From the NCBI RefSeq assembly GCF_006345805.1, contig NC_043002.1, positions 98,146,001-98,210,000 on the forward strand: DNA of 64,000 bases, given 5' to 3'. The stretch is from Octopus sinensis (Eukaryota). How positions within the stretch are numbered: the first letter of the stretch is position 1; every line of letters starts with the position of its first letter. The translations under genes were made by a program, and so were the position numbers. The notes below the pieces were generated by a model. The model searched no databases and had not been told where the DNA came from. It saw only the letters and a list, made by a program, of their open reading frames with translations. Positions 23,205 through 35,642 of the stretch are shown one piece after another.

Positions 23205-23380
23205 ATAAACCCGATGATTGCATGACGCATGAAAGTACTAGTTCTTTCACAATAAATATATAATATTCTGTTATAAAACTGTCAAATTGTAGAAACTATA
23301 AATTATAAAACTTTAAAAGCAGACTAGGGCTAGAATTTTATTGCTTAGTATATTCTTCTGTACACACACGCCTGCGCGTG

Positions 23381-23416
<36 letters not shown>

Positions 23417-23556
23417 TATGTATGTATGTATGATTTTAAGTGGGTATGTTTCAGCATGTCAAACCTATTCATTCTTCATAGCAGATATATGACTGAACGG
23501 CAATAGTTGTCTATCAATCACGAAATCATTCAATCATTCAATCACTCAATCAGTCA

Positions 23557-23595
<39 letters not shown>

Positions 23596-23616
23596 AACAT
23601 ATGTGTGTGTGTGTGT

Positions 23617-23647
<31 letters not shown>

Positions 23648-24040
23648 AGCGTGTGTATCTATTTTGTGTATATGTATATTTTAGTTTTCCTGTGTGTTTG
23701 CTCAAGTAACATGGAACATAGCGATGTCTTTATGCGCAACATATCAAGAATGAAACTTCCACCACTATGAAGCCTAAACATAGTTCCAAAGCCCCTTCAC
23801 ACACACACACGCGCGCGCGTGCGCACGCACACACGCACACACACACCACACTTGTAGCCCTGTTGTTGAATAATGCAACTGAATTTCTTTATGTATCAGA
23901 CAGACTTAATTATATTTCATCATATCAGCAGAAGGGGACAGGGATCCCTATTTCTGCATATTATGCTTGCACGCTGGATCCCTTTGGTCGCTCAGAACCC
24001 CTACCAACTCCGATATACATACATACATACACACACACAC

Positions 24041-24085
24041 AAATATATATATATATATTATATATATATACATATATATATATAT

Positions 24086-24136
<51 letters not shown>

Positions 24137-24152
24137 ATATGTATGTATGTAT

Positions 24153-24217
<65 letters not shown>

Positions 24218-24237
24218 ATATATATAATATATATATG

Positions 24238-24268
<31 letters not shown>

Positions 24269-24272
24269 TATG

Positions 24273-24326
<54 letters not shown>

Positions 24327-24366
24327 GTATGTATGTATATATATATATGTATGTATATATATATAT

Positions 24367-24397
<31 letters not shown>

Positions 24398-24502
24398 TAT
24401 GTATGTATATATATATATATTATATATATATATATATATACATATATATATGTATGTATGTTATATATATATATATATATTACATATATATATGTATGTA
24501 TG

Positions 24503-24535
<33 letters not shown>

Positions 24536-24546
24536 TATATATATAC
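24041..24546. repeat. About 500-bp interrupted (TA)n array
   Basis: Directly visible. Confidence 0.95.
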
Positions 24547-25217
24547 ACGTACAAAGATGTTTGTGTTGAGAGAGTATATAAACATTTATTTCAGAGTATT
24601 ATTATGCACACTTCTTGATTACTTCGCGCTGCGTGTATATGTGAAGGACGGGTAATTCAGGTCACGCTTACATTATATATATGTGGATGTATGGGTGTAT
24701 GGCTTTGGGGTGAATGAATCACCGGTTGTTCATCGATGAAAGTATTACGACGCATGCGCACATTTGCACGTATCATGGCTTATGAGTATGTATCATTTTT
24801 ATGAACGTGAACGTGCGTGCGCACACACACACACATTTAAGCATACACGCACGCGAACACACAAACGGACACATACACCCACATATTCATTTATACATAC
24901 ACACTTCAGAATTTCACAGAATTCCCAAGATTACCCTTCACATGATGGGTAGTGTACTTTCGGACCCCCACCCACCCATGAATAATATCAGGGAAAAGGG
25001 TCATAGACAATTATTATAATTTAACTTTAATCATATTTTTGGTGCTCGCACAGAATGATGAAATGAATATTAATTTCCAAATCAAAAATATTTTTTTTAT
25101 CTGGAAATTAAATAAAAATTAAATATATTTAATTAAACTTAAGGTGGTGCTTCACCATGGCCGCAGTCACGTGTCTGAAACAAGTAGAAAAATAAAAGAA
25201 CTATTATCTTGGTATTA

Positions 25218-25772
25218 TTGGGTTGTCCGGAAAGTTCGTGCCGATTTTTAAAGGAAAGAAAAAGGTCAATAAATACTTGCCGTTACATTTTTAATCAACC
25301 AAATATGAACCATTTTGTTGTACAATGCGTCTCCATTTCCTTTAACTTGAAAATATCCTCTTCCCAGAATTGCGGTGGTTTCATGGCAAAGAATTCATCA
25401 AGGTATCATTTTACGTCATCCATGGAATTGAAATTTTTACCATTAAGACGATTCTGCAGAGACCTGAATAAGTGGAAATCCGAAGGAGCAATATCTGGAG
25501 GGTGGGGTAACACATCCCAGCCGAGCTGCAGCAATTTTAGTCCGGTTTTCAAAGCATCAAGTGCCGAAAATAAACTTTCTTATCTTCCATTTTAAAGAGT
25601 TACAGAATTAACACAGGTCATAGAAACATAAACCTTCTTCCACGAAAAGATAGCTTAATCTGTGCTCTAAATGGAGGTGTAATCAAATCCTATTTTATGG
25701 ACTCAACCATGTTCTAAAACAAATCGAAAGGTAAGCTACTATGAATCGGCACGAACTTTCCGGACAACCCAA
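25218..25772 (-). mobile_element. Internally deleted mariner with perfect TIRs
   Basis: tattgggttgtccggaaagttcgtgccgatt (25216-25246) is the exact reverse complement of 25744-25774, with TA flanks. The minus strand retains PDIAPSDFHLFRSLQNRLNG..DEFFAMK. Confidence 0.92.
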
Positions 25773-25796
25773 TAAATACAGATTTCCTATTGTATA

Positions 25797-26309
25797 CTAG
25801 CAGTATCGCCCGGCGTTGCTCGGGTTTGTAAGGGAAATAACTATATAAGAATTTTTAGAGAGTTACTTCCCTTATAGATGCCAATTCGGGCTTTCTTAGC
25901 CATTTCTGTTTTGGTGTCTTCAAGCCATGAAGTCGTTGTTCTAAAAGAACGCTGGTCTCCTTGACAACGCTTTACGACGTTGATTTCCTTACACTCCCTT
26001 CCCCACAGCTTCACGAGGGAGGGAAGAAAGGGGAGAAGCAAACAGGTGCAGGTGTGACCGTGGACACCAACTCCGCCGCCATCGACACACGAAAAATTAT
26101 GCATTAAAATGGAACAAAAAATGATGTTAAATTATTTTTAAAATCGTAGACTCATCGTAGACGCGCGCTAATACTCAGATGGGCTCGATATGAATCACGA
26201 CTATAAGATACCCGAATTTGGTTAAACTGCACCGCAAAATGTGGGAGTAGTTAGGAATCTAAATCGAAGGGGACAGACACTCACACAACTACAGTTTTAT
26301 ATATACAGA
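25797..26309 (-). mobile_element. Non-autonomous Helitron, long variant with extra internal segment
   Basis: Minus strand: A|TC 5' end, 3' hairpin cccgagcaacgccggg then CTAG|T; shares both ends with 29594-29993 and 55834-56229. Confidence 0.85.
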
Positions 26310-27144
26310 TTTACAATAATTGTACCCTATTATTTTTCTAAATTTTATCAACATTATCGCAATCTGTTCCATCGAAAACCTATCTCTACAAAATTTCATA
26401 AAAAAGTGATATATTTTTAAGAAAGTTATAAGACATTCAATCTGCACCTCTTATGTTCACTTCTTTCTGTTTCTATGGAGAGTTACGTAAAGTATAAATG
26501 TAGATGTATAGCAAAATACACGAAAAGTGAATGGTATATTATTTCACTTATGCATAATCTAATTATTATCTTCCTTACTTGCTCGGCCCGACAAATAACG
26601 TTGGCTAACGAATTTTTTTTCTCATCATCGCAATTAAACCTGCGGTATTATTTCTGATGTTAGAAACCAACATTTTCACTACCTATGATTAATCCTGTGA
26701 TTAGATATAGCACACAGGTAATTTCTTAATATTTAATGTCAATGTAACCTTACAACAGAAGGCTTACAACAGAACTAATTTTTAACAGGACTTCAAGCTT
26801 CAGCTATCTATCAGTAGAGATAATTTTCCTTTGCATGGTTTTTATAGAAAGAAATGTAAAGAATATCGCCACCTAAAAGTGGGTATTCTATAAGAAGAAA
26901 CGATATTACTATTTTAACGCCAGGAGGACACCTCCTGCAACTGGCTATTCAATGCGCTTCGCACTCAATATATATTACAAGAGGGAAGAGAACTCCCGAC
27001 TATTGTACTTCGAAGACCACCAGATTGCATGATTTCGACCTCATTTTGATCGTCCTTAGTGATCAAGGTGCCGATAAACATTACGTCTCAGTAGAAATAC
27101 TGCTTTCATCTCTAATAGAGATTTTCTTAACGAGCTAGTTTGCT

Positions 27145-27574
27145 AATTTATTTATTTATTTGTTTCAGTCATTTCACTGCGGCCATGCTAGAGCACCACC
27201 CACCTTTAGTCGAGCAAATCGACCCCAGGACTTATTCTTTGTAAGCCAAGTACTTATTCTATCGGTCTCTTTTGCCGAACCGCTAAGTGACGGGAACGTA
27301 AACACACCAGCATCGGTTGTCAAGTGATGTTGGGGGACAAACACAGACACACAAGCATACACACACACACACACACACACATACATATTATATATATATA
27401 TATATACATACGACGGGTTTCTTTCAGTTTCCGTCTTCCGAATCCACAAAACAAGACATTGGTCGACCCGAGGCTATAGTAGAAGACACTTGCCCAAGAT
27501 GCAACGCAGTGGGACTGAACCCAGAACCATGTGGCTGGTAAGCAAGCTACTTACCACACAGCCACTCCTGCGCC
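27145..27574 (-). mobile_element. SINE family A, full length
   Basis: All modules present in reverse complement. Confidence 0.92.
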
Positions 27575-27649
27575 TATGTAAAGATTAATTTAAGAAAAGT
27601 GTACCGATGTGTTTATTTACAATTGTAAGAAGATAAACATAATTCTTTC

Positions 27650-28074
27650 TACCGTAGACACAGAATCTGAAAATTTTAGGGGAGGTGAATAGTCGATTAC
27701 ATCGACCCCAGTGCGTAACTGGTACTTAATTTATCGACCCCCGAAAGGATGAAAGGCAAAGTCGACCACGGCGGAATTTGAACTCAGAACGTAGCGGCAG
27801 ACGAAATGCCGGAAAGCATTTCGCCCGGCGTGCTAACGTTTCTTATTTCTTTATTGTCCACAAGGGGCTAAACATAGAGTGGACAAATAAGAACAGACAA
27901 AGGGATTTAGTCGATTACATCGACCCCAGTGCGTAACTGGTACTTAATTTATCGACCCCCCAAAAGGATGAAAGGCAAAGTCGACCTCGGCGGAATTTGA
28001 ACTCAGAACGTAGCGGCAAACGAAATGCCGGAAAGCATTTCGCTCGGCGTGCTAACGTTTCTGCCAGCTCGCCG
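27650..28074 (-). mobile_element. SINE family D, young-tail unit joined to old-tail unit
   Basis: Head at 28074; the tail gacaataaagaaata is followed by agaaacgttagcacg (head position about 15), and the second unit ends in a different tail. Confidence 0.88.
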
Positions 28075-29470
28075 ACTTCTATGTTCGATATAATTCTATT
28101 AAATGAATAGCAACACATGCCGTGTTTACTTGTTCGCTACTTTATCTCCTTCGCGTATATGCTCGTGGCTCTTGTTTTGTGTTTTGTGTATGTGTGGCTG
28201 TGTCAATGTGTGCGTGTATGAGTGTTACTTCTATGTGTTTTGTGTGTATGGATTTTACTAGAACGAGTGCTGTTGCATGTTTGGATTTGTCTATGTATGT
28301 GGCCGAGCGTATTTAAATTTTTTCGGTTCCTTTATTTATTTATTTATTTTTTTTTTTTACTTTTAGAAAGTACAAGTATATTGAATCTGCACCTCTGTAA
28401 ATTAGATTGATTTTTATTTAGTAGATAAATCAACTTCCCAGAGAGGCACAATGATTCATATTTATAGTAAATAATAAACTGATATGCGCCATGTTCCTTT
28501 CTTGAAGTCTCTTGCAACTTAATTGAATTACTACAATTGAAATATATGACGAGCTTTATTGCCTCTACCAACGTCGTAGATCTATAGCTTCGCGTTCAGT
28601 CTCGGCTGAGCAGACTTTTGTGTTCTTACGAGGGGGCGAGAAAAACAGATAATAAAAACTGAGTCACAGAACTTCATTGATACTTGTTTCTTCGTCTCGG
28701 GAGAATGAAAGTCATGGTTGAACTTCAAGAAACATGACTAAATATTGCCAGATATCTTAACAGATGCTCCACCGATTCTGCCATCACAACCAAATTTTCC
28801 GATTTGTTTCATACAGGTAGCGCTATGAATGTTTGGTTTAGAACTGTACAACGAATACACACATACATACGCGCGTGTGTACGCACACACACACACATTG
28901 AGAAGTTTGTTGAAAACACCACAAAACCCATTGATACATCAAAACTTTACAGTTAGACACGATAGAGATAGTAGCCGTATCACCCTCATAAGCACGCTGT
29001 ATTCACGAAAATGTAGTCCAAGATAATTCTTGAAAAGCAAAAAACGATATAGTCACTACTGAAGCATCTTATATTATTGATCTGCTTGACTGGGGTTGAT
29101 CTGGAGTTAAACAACAACTACCAAACCAGCAAAGGAGTCGCTACATTTGAACGTAAATAAAACATATAGTCAGCGTAGTATTTCCCCTTCGCAAAATACG
29201 TCCTGCTTGTTTGTAGACGATGTGTGTCGAGAATACTTGATTCATTGACGTGGAGTGACAACAGCTATAAATATAGCCACGGAAACTGAAAGAAGCCCCT
29301 CGTGTGTGTTTGTGTGTGTGTGTTGTATGTTTATGTTTGGTGTTGTCCCCCACCAGTATTGGTTTGTTTGCGTTTCCGTAGCTTGACAGTTCGGCAGAGG
29401 GATACCGATAGAATGAGTAACATACTTTAAACGACAGCAAAAAGAATGGACTCGATTTTTTCGACTAGAC

Positions 29471-30346
29471 CAGTGGATCTCAAACGTTTTCTTTTACCTA
29501 TGGATCTGTTTGATTCCTATTTTACTCGGGGGTAGGGGTCATCCTCATAACCATTCGATGTATAAAAGCTCCTATTATATTTTTATGAATAAACTAGGAG
29601 TATCGCCCGGCGTTGCTCGGGTTTGTAAGGGAAATAACTATATAAGCATTTTTAGAGAGTTATAGCCAAAAAATAACAAAAAAATGCATTAAAAATGGAA
29701 AAAAAATTATGGTAAATTTTTTTTTAAATCGTTGATTCATCGTAGACATTTTTAGAGAGTTACTTCCCTTATATAATAGCGAAAAAATGCATTAAAATTG
29801 GAAAAAAATGATGGTCAATTATTTTTTTTAATCGTAGACTCATCGTAGACGCGCGCTAATACCCAGAAGGGCTCGATATGAATCACGACTATAAGATACC
29901 CGGTTTTGGTTAAACAGCACCGCAAAATGTGGGAGTAGTTAGGAATCTAAATCGTAGGAGACAGACACACAACTTCACTTTTATATATAAAGATAAGTAC
30001 TTTGGCAAAAGTCTGCCAGAACATTCTTTAGCCTCACTCTCTATCTGTCTGTCTGTCTCTCTTTCTCCCCACCATCTCTCTCTTGTATTTTAATATATTC
30101 TCTTTACCTAAGGCGGCGAGCTGGCAGCATCGTTAGCGCGACGAGTTGAGTGCTTAGCATAATTTTATTCGTCTTTACGTTCTGGGTTCAAATGCGACCA
30201 TGCTGGATATTACGAATTGTACAAAAACTGTTTAAATATCTTTTGTGTATAAGAAAAATATAACCGGTTTGTTGCACATAAATTTCAACATCAACATTTT
30301 ATATGGGACTCCAAAGAGCCATATGGACCGCAGTTGAAAACCACAG
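29471..30346. mobile_element. hAT-like MITE interrupted by a Helitron and a SINE-D head
   Basis: cagtggatctcaaac ... gttgaaaaccacag termini; 8-bp flanks gactagac / gagaagac. Confidence 0.5.
29594..29993 (-). mobile_element. Non-autonomous Helitron (short variant)
   Basis: TC...hairpin-CTAG termini in an AT target; nearly identical to 55834-56229; internal ~95-bp tandem duplication. Confidence 0.88.
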
Positions 30347-30417
30347 GAGAAGACCCGTCAGGGCGGTGCTCCAGCATGGTCGCAGACTAAAGACTGAAGC
30401 AAGTAAAAGATAAAATA

Positions 30418-30421
30418 TGTG

Positions 30422-30478
<57 letters not shown>

Positions 30479-30514
30479 AATTTTATTTTATATCTTCTTT
30501 GTTATATATTTGAC

Positions 30515-30549
<35 letters not shown>

Positions 30550-30600
30550 TGGCTTTCTTGGCTTCGTAATTTTTTTTCTAAATCTTCACTAAAAATGTCA

Positions 30601-30672
<72 letters not shown>
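30418..30672. repeat. (TG)n and (TA)n microsatellites
   Basis: Directly visible. Confidence 0.95.
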
Positions 30673-30675
<3 letters not shown>

Positions 30676-31708
30676 GGTGGCGAGTCGGTGCGAACGATTA
30701 TGTGCGGGTTAGGGTGTGCTAGTGCCTTTACAAGTTGTTTAAAATGTAAAAATGGATTTGTGTATGTTTTAAAACTAGTCGAAGCGAAACACTCTTTCAT
30801 AGAAACACGCACGAATGTCTCAGCAAATTAATCATGAAGGTTCTATTGACCACGAAAACATTATTGACCCTTCCCTAGCCTCTGCCTTGCCCTGCCCTGC
30901 CCCACCCCCACCTCTTGTGTGTCTGTCTATCAATCTATCTGCCTGGCTGTTTATTCAATTATGTATTTATCTAACATTTGCTGCCACCACAACCCAATCA
31001 CCGCCGCCGATAACGACGGCAACAACGACGCCACCAACACCAACACCATCACCATCATCATCACCACCACCACCATCAGTCACCACCACAACCACCAGTC
31101 ATCACCACCACGACCACCACTAACAACAACAACACCGCCCCCTCTTTCTCTCCCACCACACGCCTCCGTTCTTTCTCACACACTGATTTCTCCATTTTGT
31201 TTAAACGAGAGAGGTAAAAAGAATATCATGTTTTAATGTAAGCAAAATGCTAGATCAGTTGTTAGTGGGGTGGCGAGCGGGTACTAGTTTATTTTTTGTT
31301 TTCATTTTCCCTTTCTTTCTATCTCTCACCACACATGCACACACACACACAAACACACACACACACACACACACACTCATGCATACGCAGATATATGCAT
31401 ACATACGTGTGTCGGTGTGTGTGTGTGAATGTGTGTCTGAGTGTGTGTGATTGTGTACATAAATGACTGTTGAAGTGTGTGTCTTGTGTGTTTATGTGTG
31501 CGTGTGTGTATGTATGTATACATGTACGCATACATATTCATGTTTATATTTGTACTTCTATCCATATTTCTCTCGCTCTTTCTAGCACCCACGCACACAC
31601 TCTCTTCCCCAACACATATACATACATGAATACGCACATACATACACACATGCGCGCGCACACACACAAATATATATCTATCTGTCTATCTATATATCTA
31701 TCTATCTA

Positions 31709-31744
<36 letters not shown>

Positions 31745-31840
31745 AACATATATATTATATATATATGTATGTATACATACGTGTGTGTGTATGTATATAT
31801 ATATACATGCATATACATGTGTACATATACGTGCATACAC

Positions 31841-31900
<60 letters not shown>

Positions 31901-31910
31901 TATATATTAT

Positions 31911-31944
<34 letters not shown>

Positions 31945-31970
31945 ATATATATATATACATACATATATAT

Positions 31971-32885
31971 ATAAGAGTGTATAAAATATTTTTATATACA
32001 AACAGGAGACCATTGACAGAACTCCTTACTGCTAAAAAGGCCAGTTAAAACCCAAACCACGTAAAAGAGAATTCATGAGGCACGCCAATTATAACACCAG
32101 AGCAAACAAAAAATAAATTAGTCAATCCCGAACTCGAGTTTCGCTATTAATTGCGAAATAAACTAATTTGGAATCAGTAGCTCATCAGCGGAATCGCTAA
32201 TTAATGAATAATTATGTAGTTGCAAATACGTACCGAAAACACGTGCGCAAGACAGGTATATCTTTATCCATTTAAGGGTTCGAACTTTGTGCGCGAGAGT
32301 AAATATATGGTCCAGTAGTAAATAAAGAAATTTAAAGCTGTATCCCATATAGCTTCAAAATTATAGATATTGCTATCGTAAATATGAGGGTAATAAATTA
32401 ACATAATTTATTACTAGTGGTTAGCATGCATAAATAAAAGTCATAAGACATAACATATTTTTTTAAAAGTATAAGTGTGTATAAAATATTTTTATACAAG
32501 AAAAAGAGATCATTGACAAGATTCCTTACATGCTGAAAAGGCCAGTTATAACCCAAAGCACGGAAAAGAGAATTCATGAGGCACACCAGCTACATCTTTA
32601 TTCATTTCAGGGTTCGAACTTAATAGTGAAACTCGAGTTCGGGATTAACTAATTCATTTTTTGTTTATTCTAGTGTTATAGTTGGCGTGCCTCATGAATT
32701 CTCTTTTTCGTGGTTTAGGGTTTAACTGGACTTTTTAGCATGTAAGGAGTCCTATCAACAGTCTCCTGTCTGCGCATAAAAATATTTTATACACTCTTAT
32801 ATTTTTAGAAATATGTTATGTCTTATGACTTTTATATATGCATGCTAATTATTGGTAATAAATTATTACCCTCATATGTACGATA
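31971..32885 (-). mobile_element. About 500-bp AT-rich unit in direct and inverted partial copies carrying a hammerhead (retrozyme / Penelope pseudo-LTR-like)
   Basis: ataag.gtgtataaaatattttta at 31971 and 32471; aattcatgagg at 32070 and 32571. 32620-32885 is an inverted copy running across the unit junction. No ORF. Confidence 0.8.
32116..32202 (-). ncRNA. Type-I hammerhead ribozyme (complete core)
   Basis: aattagcgattccg CUGAUGA GCUA-31nt-UAGC GAA ACUCGAGU U cgggattgactaatt. Stem I about 14 bp with one bulge, 4-bp stem II, palindromic stem III, GUU cleavage triplet (predicted cut 32131/32130). Confidence 0.85.
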
Positions 32886-34084
32886 TACATACAGGCATAC
32901 ACACACACACACACACACATATGTATTCATGTCTCTAGTTTGTATATGTATCCACGTCTCACTCATCTTCCTATCACCCACTCTCCTTTCTGTCTCCCTC
33001 TCACTTCTCCTCTACACTTAATTGTGCTTATTATGTAAATTTCATTAAAAGAAGCAATTAAACGGGGTAAAATAAACAAGCCATCCTGTATATATCTGTG
33101 ACAACGAAACACAGGCAATAGAAGCTTAGGAATACACAGACACCTACGCAAAAACATTTATATGTTGCTGCTTTTGTTGCTGCTAAGACCCCAAGATCCC
33201 TGATCAAGCAGGCAGTAGTCATCTAATCACAAGAGTTCCATTCACGACCATCCCATCTTTTTGTATATCTGTTGCCACAATATCTCCAAGTGTTTTCAAG
33301 ATGGTAGCATGTGCATTAAAGCCACATTATTTTGTGTTATTTCCAGGAGGGGAGCTGAAAGTGTACAATCTTTCTTCTAGGCAAGTGCGCGCGTGCGTGC
33401 GTGTGCTCACATGTACACTAACATATACGCTCGCGTATCATTTTATGCAATATAATGCAAATATACACTCCGGAACCGCTAGAGTCATACTGACAGTGAT
33501 TCTTTCGACAGAATAGATTTATTTTGTTGTTCATACACCTGTCTTCGTTTTTTGTTTTTCTGTAAATTTCAACTATATATATATATATATATATATAACA
33601 CAGAGTTTGTATGTATGTGTGTGTGTGTGCGTTTGCATATGTTCTTTATGAATTCGTAAAGCTAGTTGCCAATTTTGACGTATGGGGTATCAAAGATTCA
33701 GTAATCTTTCGGCTACCAAATGAACTTTATTTTCATTTACATGTTTGCATTACAAAAAACTTAACATTATAATCTTTCTATAAGTCAACTATCGTAAACG
33801 ATATTTTATATCACCACCACTACCATGTTACATTTTCTATATGAGTGTGTATGTGTCTGTGAGTGTGTGTGTGTGTATTTGCGCGTTCGTTACGTACTTC
33901 AGGCCGATGGCTGAGAAGTTTATGTGTGTGAGTGTATGTAAGGGTGTATGTGTCTGTGAGTGTGTGTATGTTTGCGCGTTCATTACGTACGTTAGGCTTA
34001 TGACTGAGAAGTACATGTGTGAGTGTAAGTGACAGTGTATGTGTGTGAGTATACATACATTTTTGTGACGACTAACACACACAC

Positions 34085-34250
34085 ACAGACACACACACAC
34101 ATACACGCTGCAATTTCTGTCTACCAAATTCACTCATAAGTCTGTGGTTGGCCTAGGGCTATAGTAGAAAACACCTGCCCAAGGTACCTTGTAGAGGGGC
34201 CGAACGTGGAACCATGTGGTTGGGAAGCAAAGTTTTCAACCACACAGTCA
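34085..34250 (-). mobile_element. SINE family A, 5' half
   Basis: gtctaccaaatt..ctatagtagaa..ggaaccatgtggttggg. Confidence 0.75.
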
Positions 34251-34592
34251 TTCTTGAACATAATGTGTGCTCACATTTGTTGTTAAATCGTGCATTGTGT
34301 CCTACAATGTCTCAAAGTTAGCAGTTCATCAAACAGAAATCAATAAAATAAATGCCACATTGAAATACGTACTGAGGTCAGTATGATCAATTAAAATTTT
34401 GAAGGGATGTGGCAACAGTCAAAAGACTAAACCCAGTAAAATAGTGTTTAAAGAATTAATGGTTTCAAATTTAAGGTAATGGATTACTAACCACAAGATA
34501 ATGAGTTCAAAACTTCGTATTGATCTTCCACTCTATACGATAGCACTATATCCTTTGTGAGCCGCTCTCCGGCTATCTATCTGCGGCTTTAT

Positions 34593-35193
34593 ATAGCTAT
34601 GGTAAGACCTCAATTGGAATTTGCATCACCGGTCTGGAACCCCTATCTTGCCCAGGATATCAATCGTCTGGAAGCTGTTCAGTGACGTGCAACCAAAAGA
34701 ATACCCTCCATCAGGCATTTGCCATATCCTGAACGCCTTACTTCCCTGGGCATGGACACATTGAAACTCCGACGTCTGGCAGCTGACTTGGCAGACATCC
34801 ATAAAATTATCAACCATCGTACAAATAACTCTGAGCACCTTTTCAAACTCCACCCATCTAACACCCGTGGACATATTTACAAAGTCAGAAAACAGCACAG
34901 CTCCCATGACTTCAGGAAACATTTTTTCACGCTGAGAGTTGCTGAAGCATGGAACAAACTGCCGGCATCAGTTGTTAGTTATCGGAGCACTGCTTCCTTC
35001 AAATCTTCCATGCTTTCTGAGATTCGCCAACACTACACCTGATTTTCTCCCCTCCTTACACACACAAGCATGTATCTGACTCATACATTGTTCGCTTTCC
35101 AGACATTTGTACATTACTGCATGTACTTTATATACACTTTCTGACAAGTTGTGGTGCACCTGAGCACTGTATACAATAATTTCATTATTATTA
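34593..35193 (+). pseudogene. CR1-clade LINE 3' end (RT C-terminus + 3' UTR, ATT tail)
   Basis: RPQLEFASPVWNPYL..RLEAVQ*RATKRI..YPERLTSLGMDTLKLRR..TRGH..FFTLRVAEAWNKLP; ends tcattattattat. Confidence 0.9.
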
Positions 35194-35511
35194 TATGTAC
35201 ATCTCAGTCTACGTGATTCCAACAATTAACGATTGTAATTTGCAGTTGAATGGTTAGCTGTAAGAAAGATGTCCTGATTCCTTTAAAAAATTATTTTGCA
35301 AAATATTCTGAGTAAAAGTACTTTTCTTACCACAACAAAACACACACACACAGGTGTGTCTCTGGTAACTCGAGTTACTACAGATAACAGCCAAATCTCA
35401 ATTAGCTACCTCAAATTCACCTTACTCTAGTTAAATAGTCGAAATCACTTCAAATACTCGTCCTGCTTTGATTTATGTTCTTCTTTTCCCTCTAACACAC
35501 ACACGCACAAG

Positions 35512-35559
<48 letters not shown>

Positions 35560-35642
35560 TACAAAACAGACAGATAGATTCTTTAAAACGATAGTATCGA
35601 TCTAAACATTCACTTCTGTCTGCACATCTGTATATATATATA

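Noticed and set aside
30815-31236. Pro/Thr/His-rich ORFs
   Set aside because: Derived from degenerate (ACC)/(CAT)/(AAC) triplet repeats.
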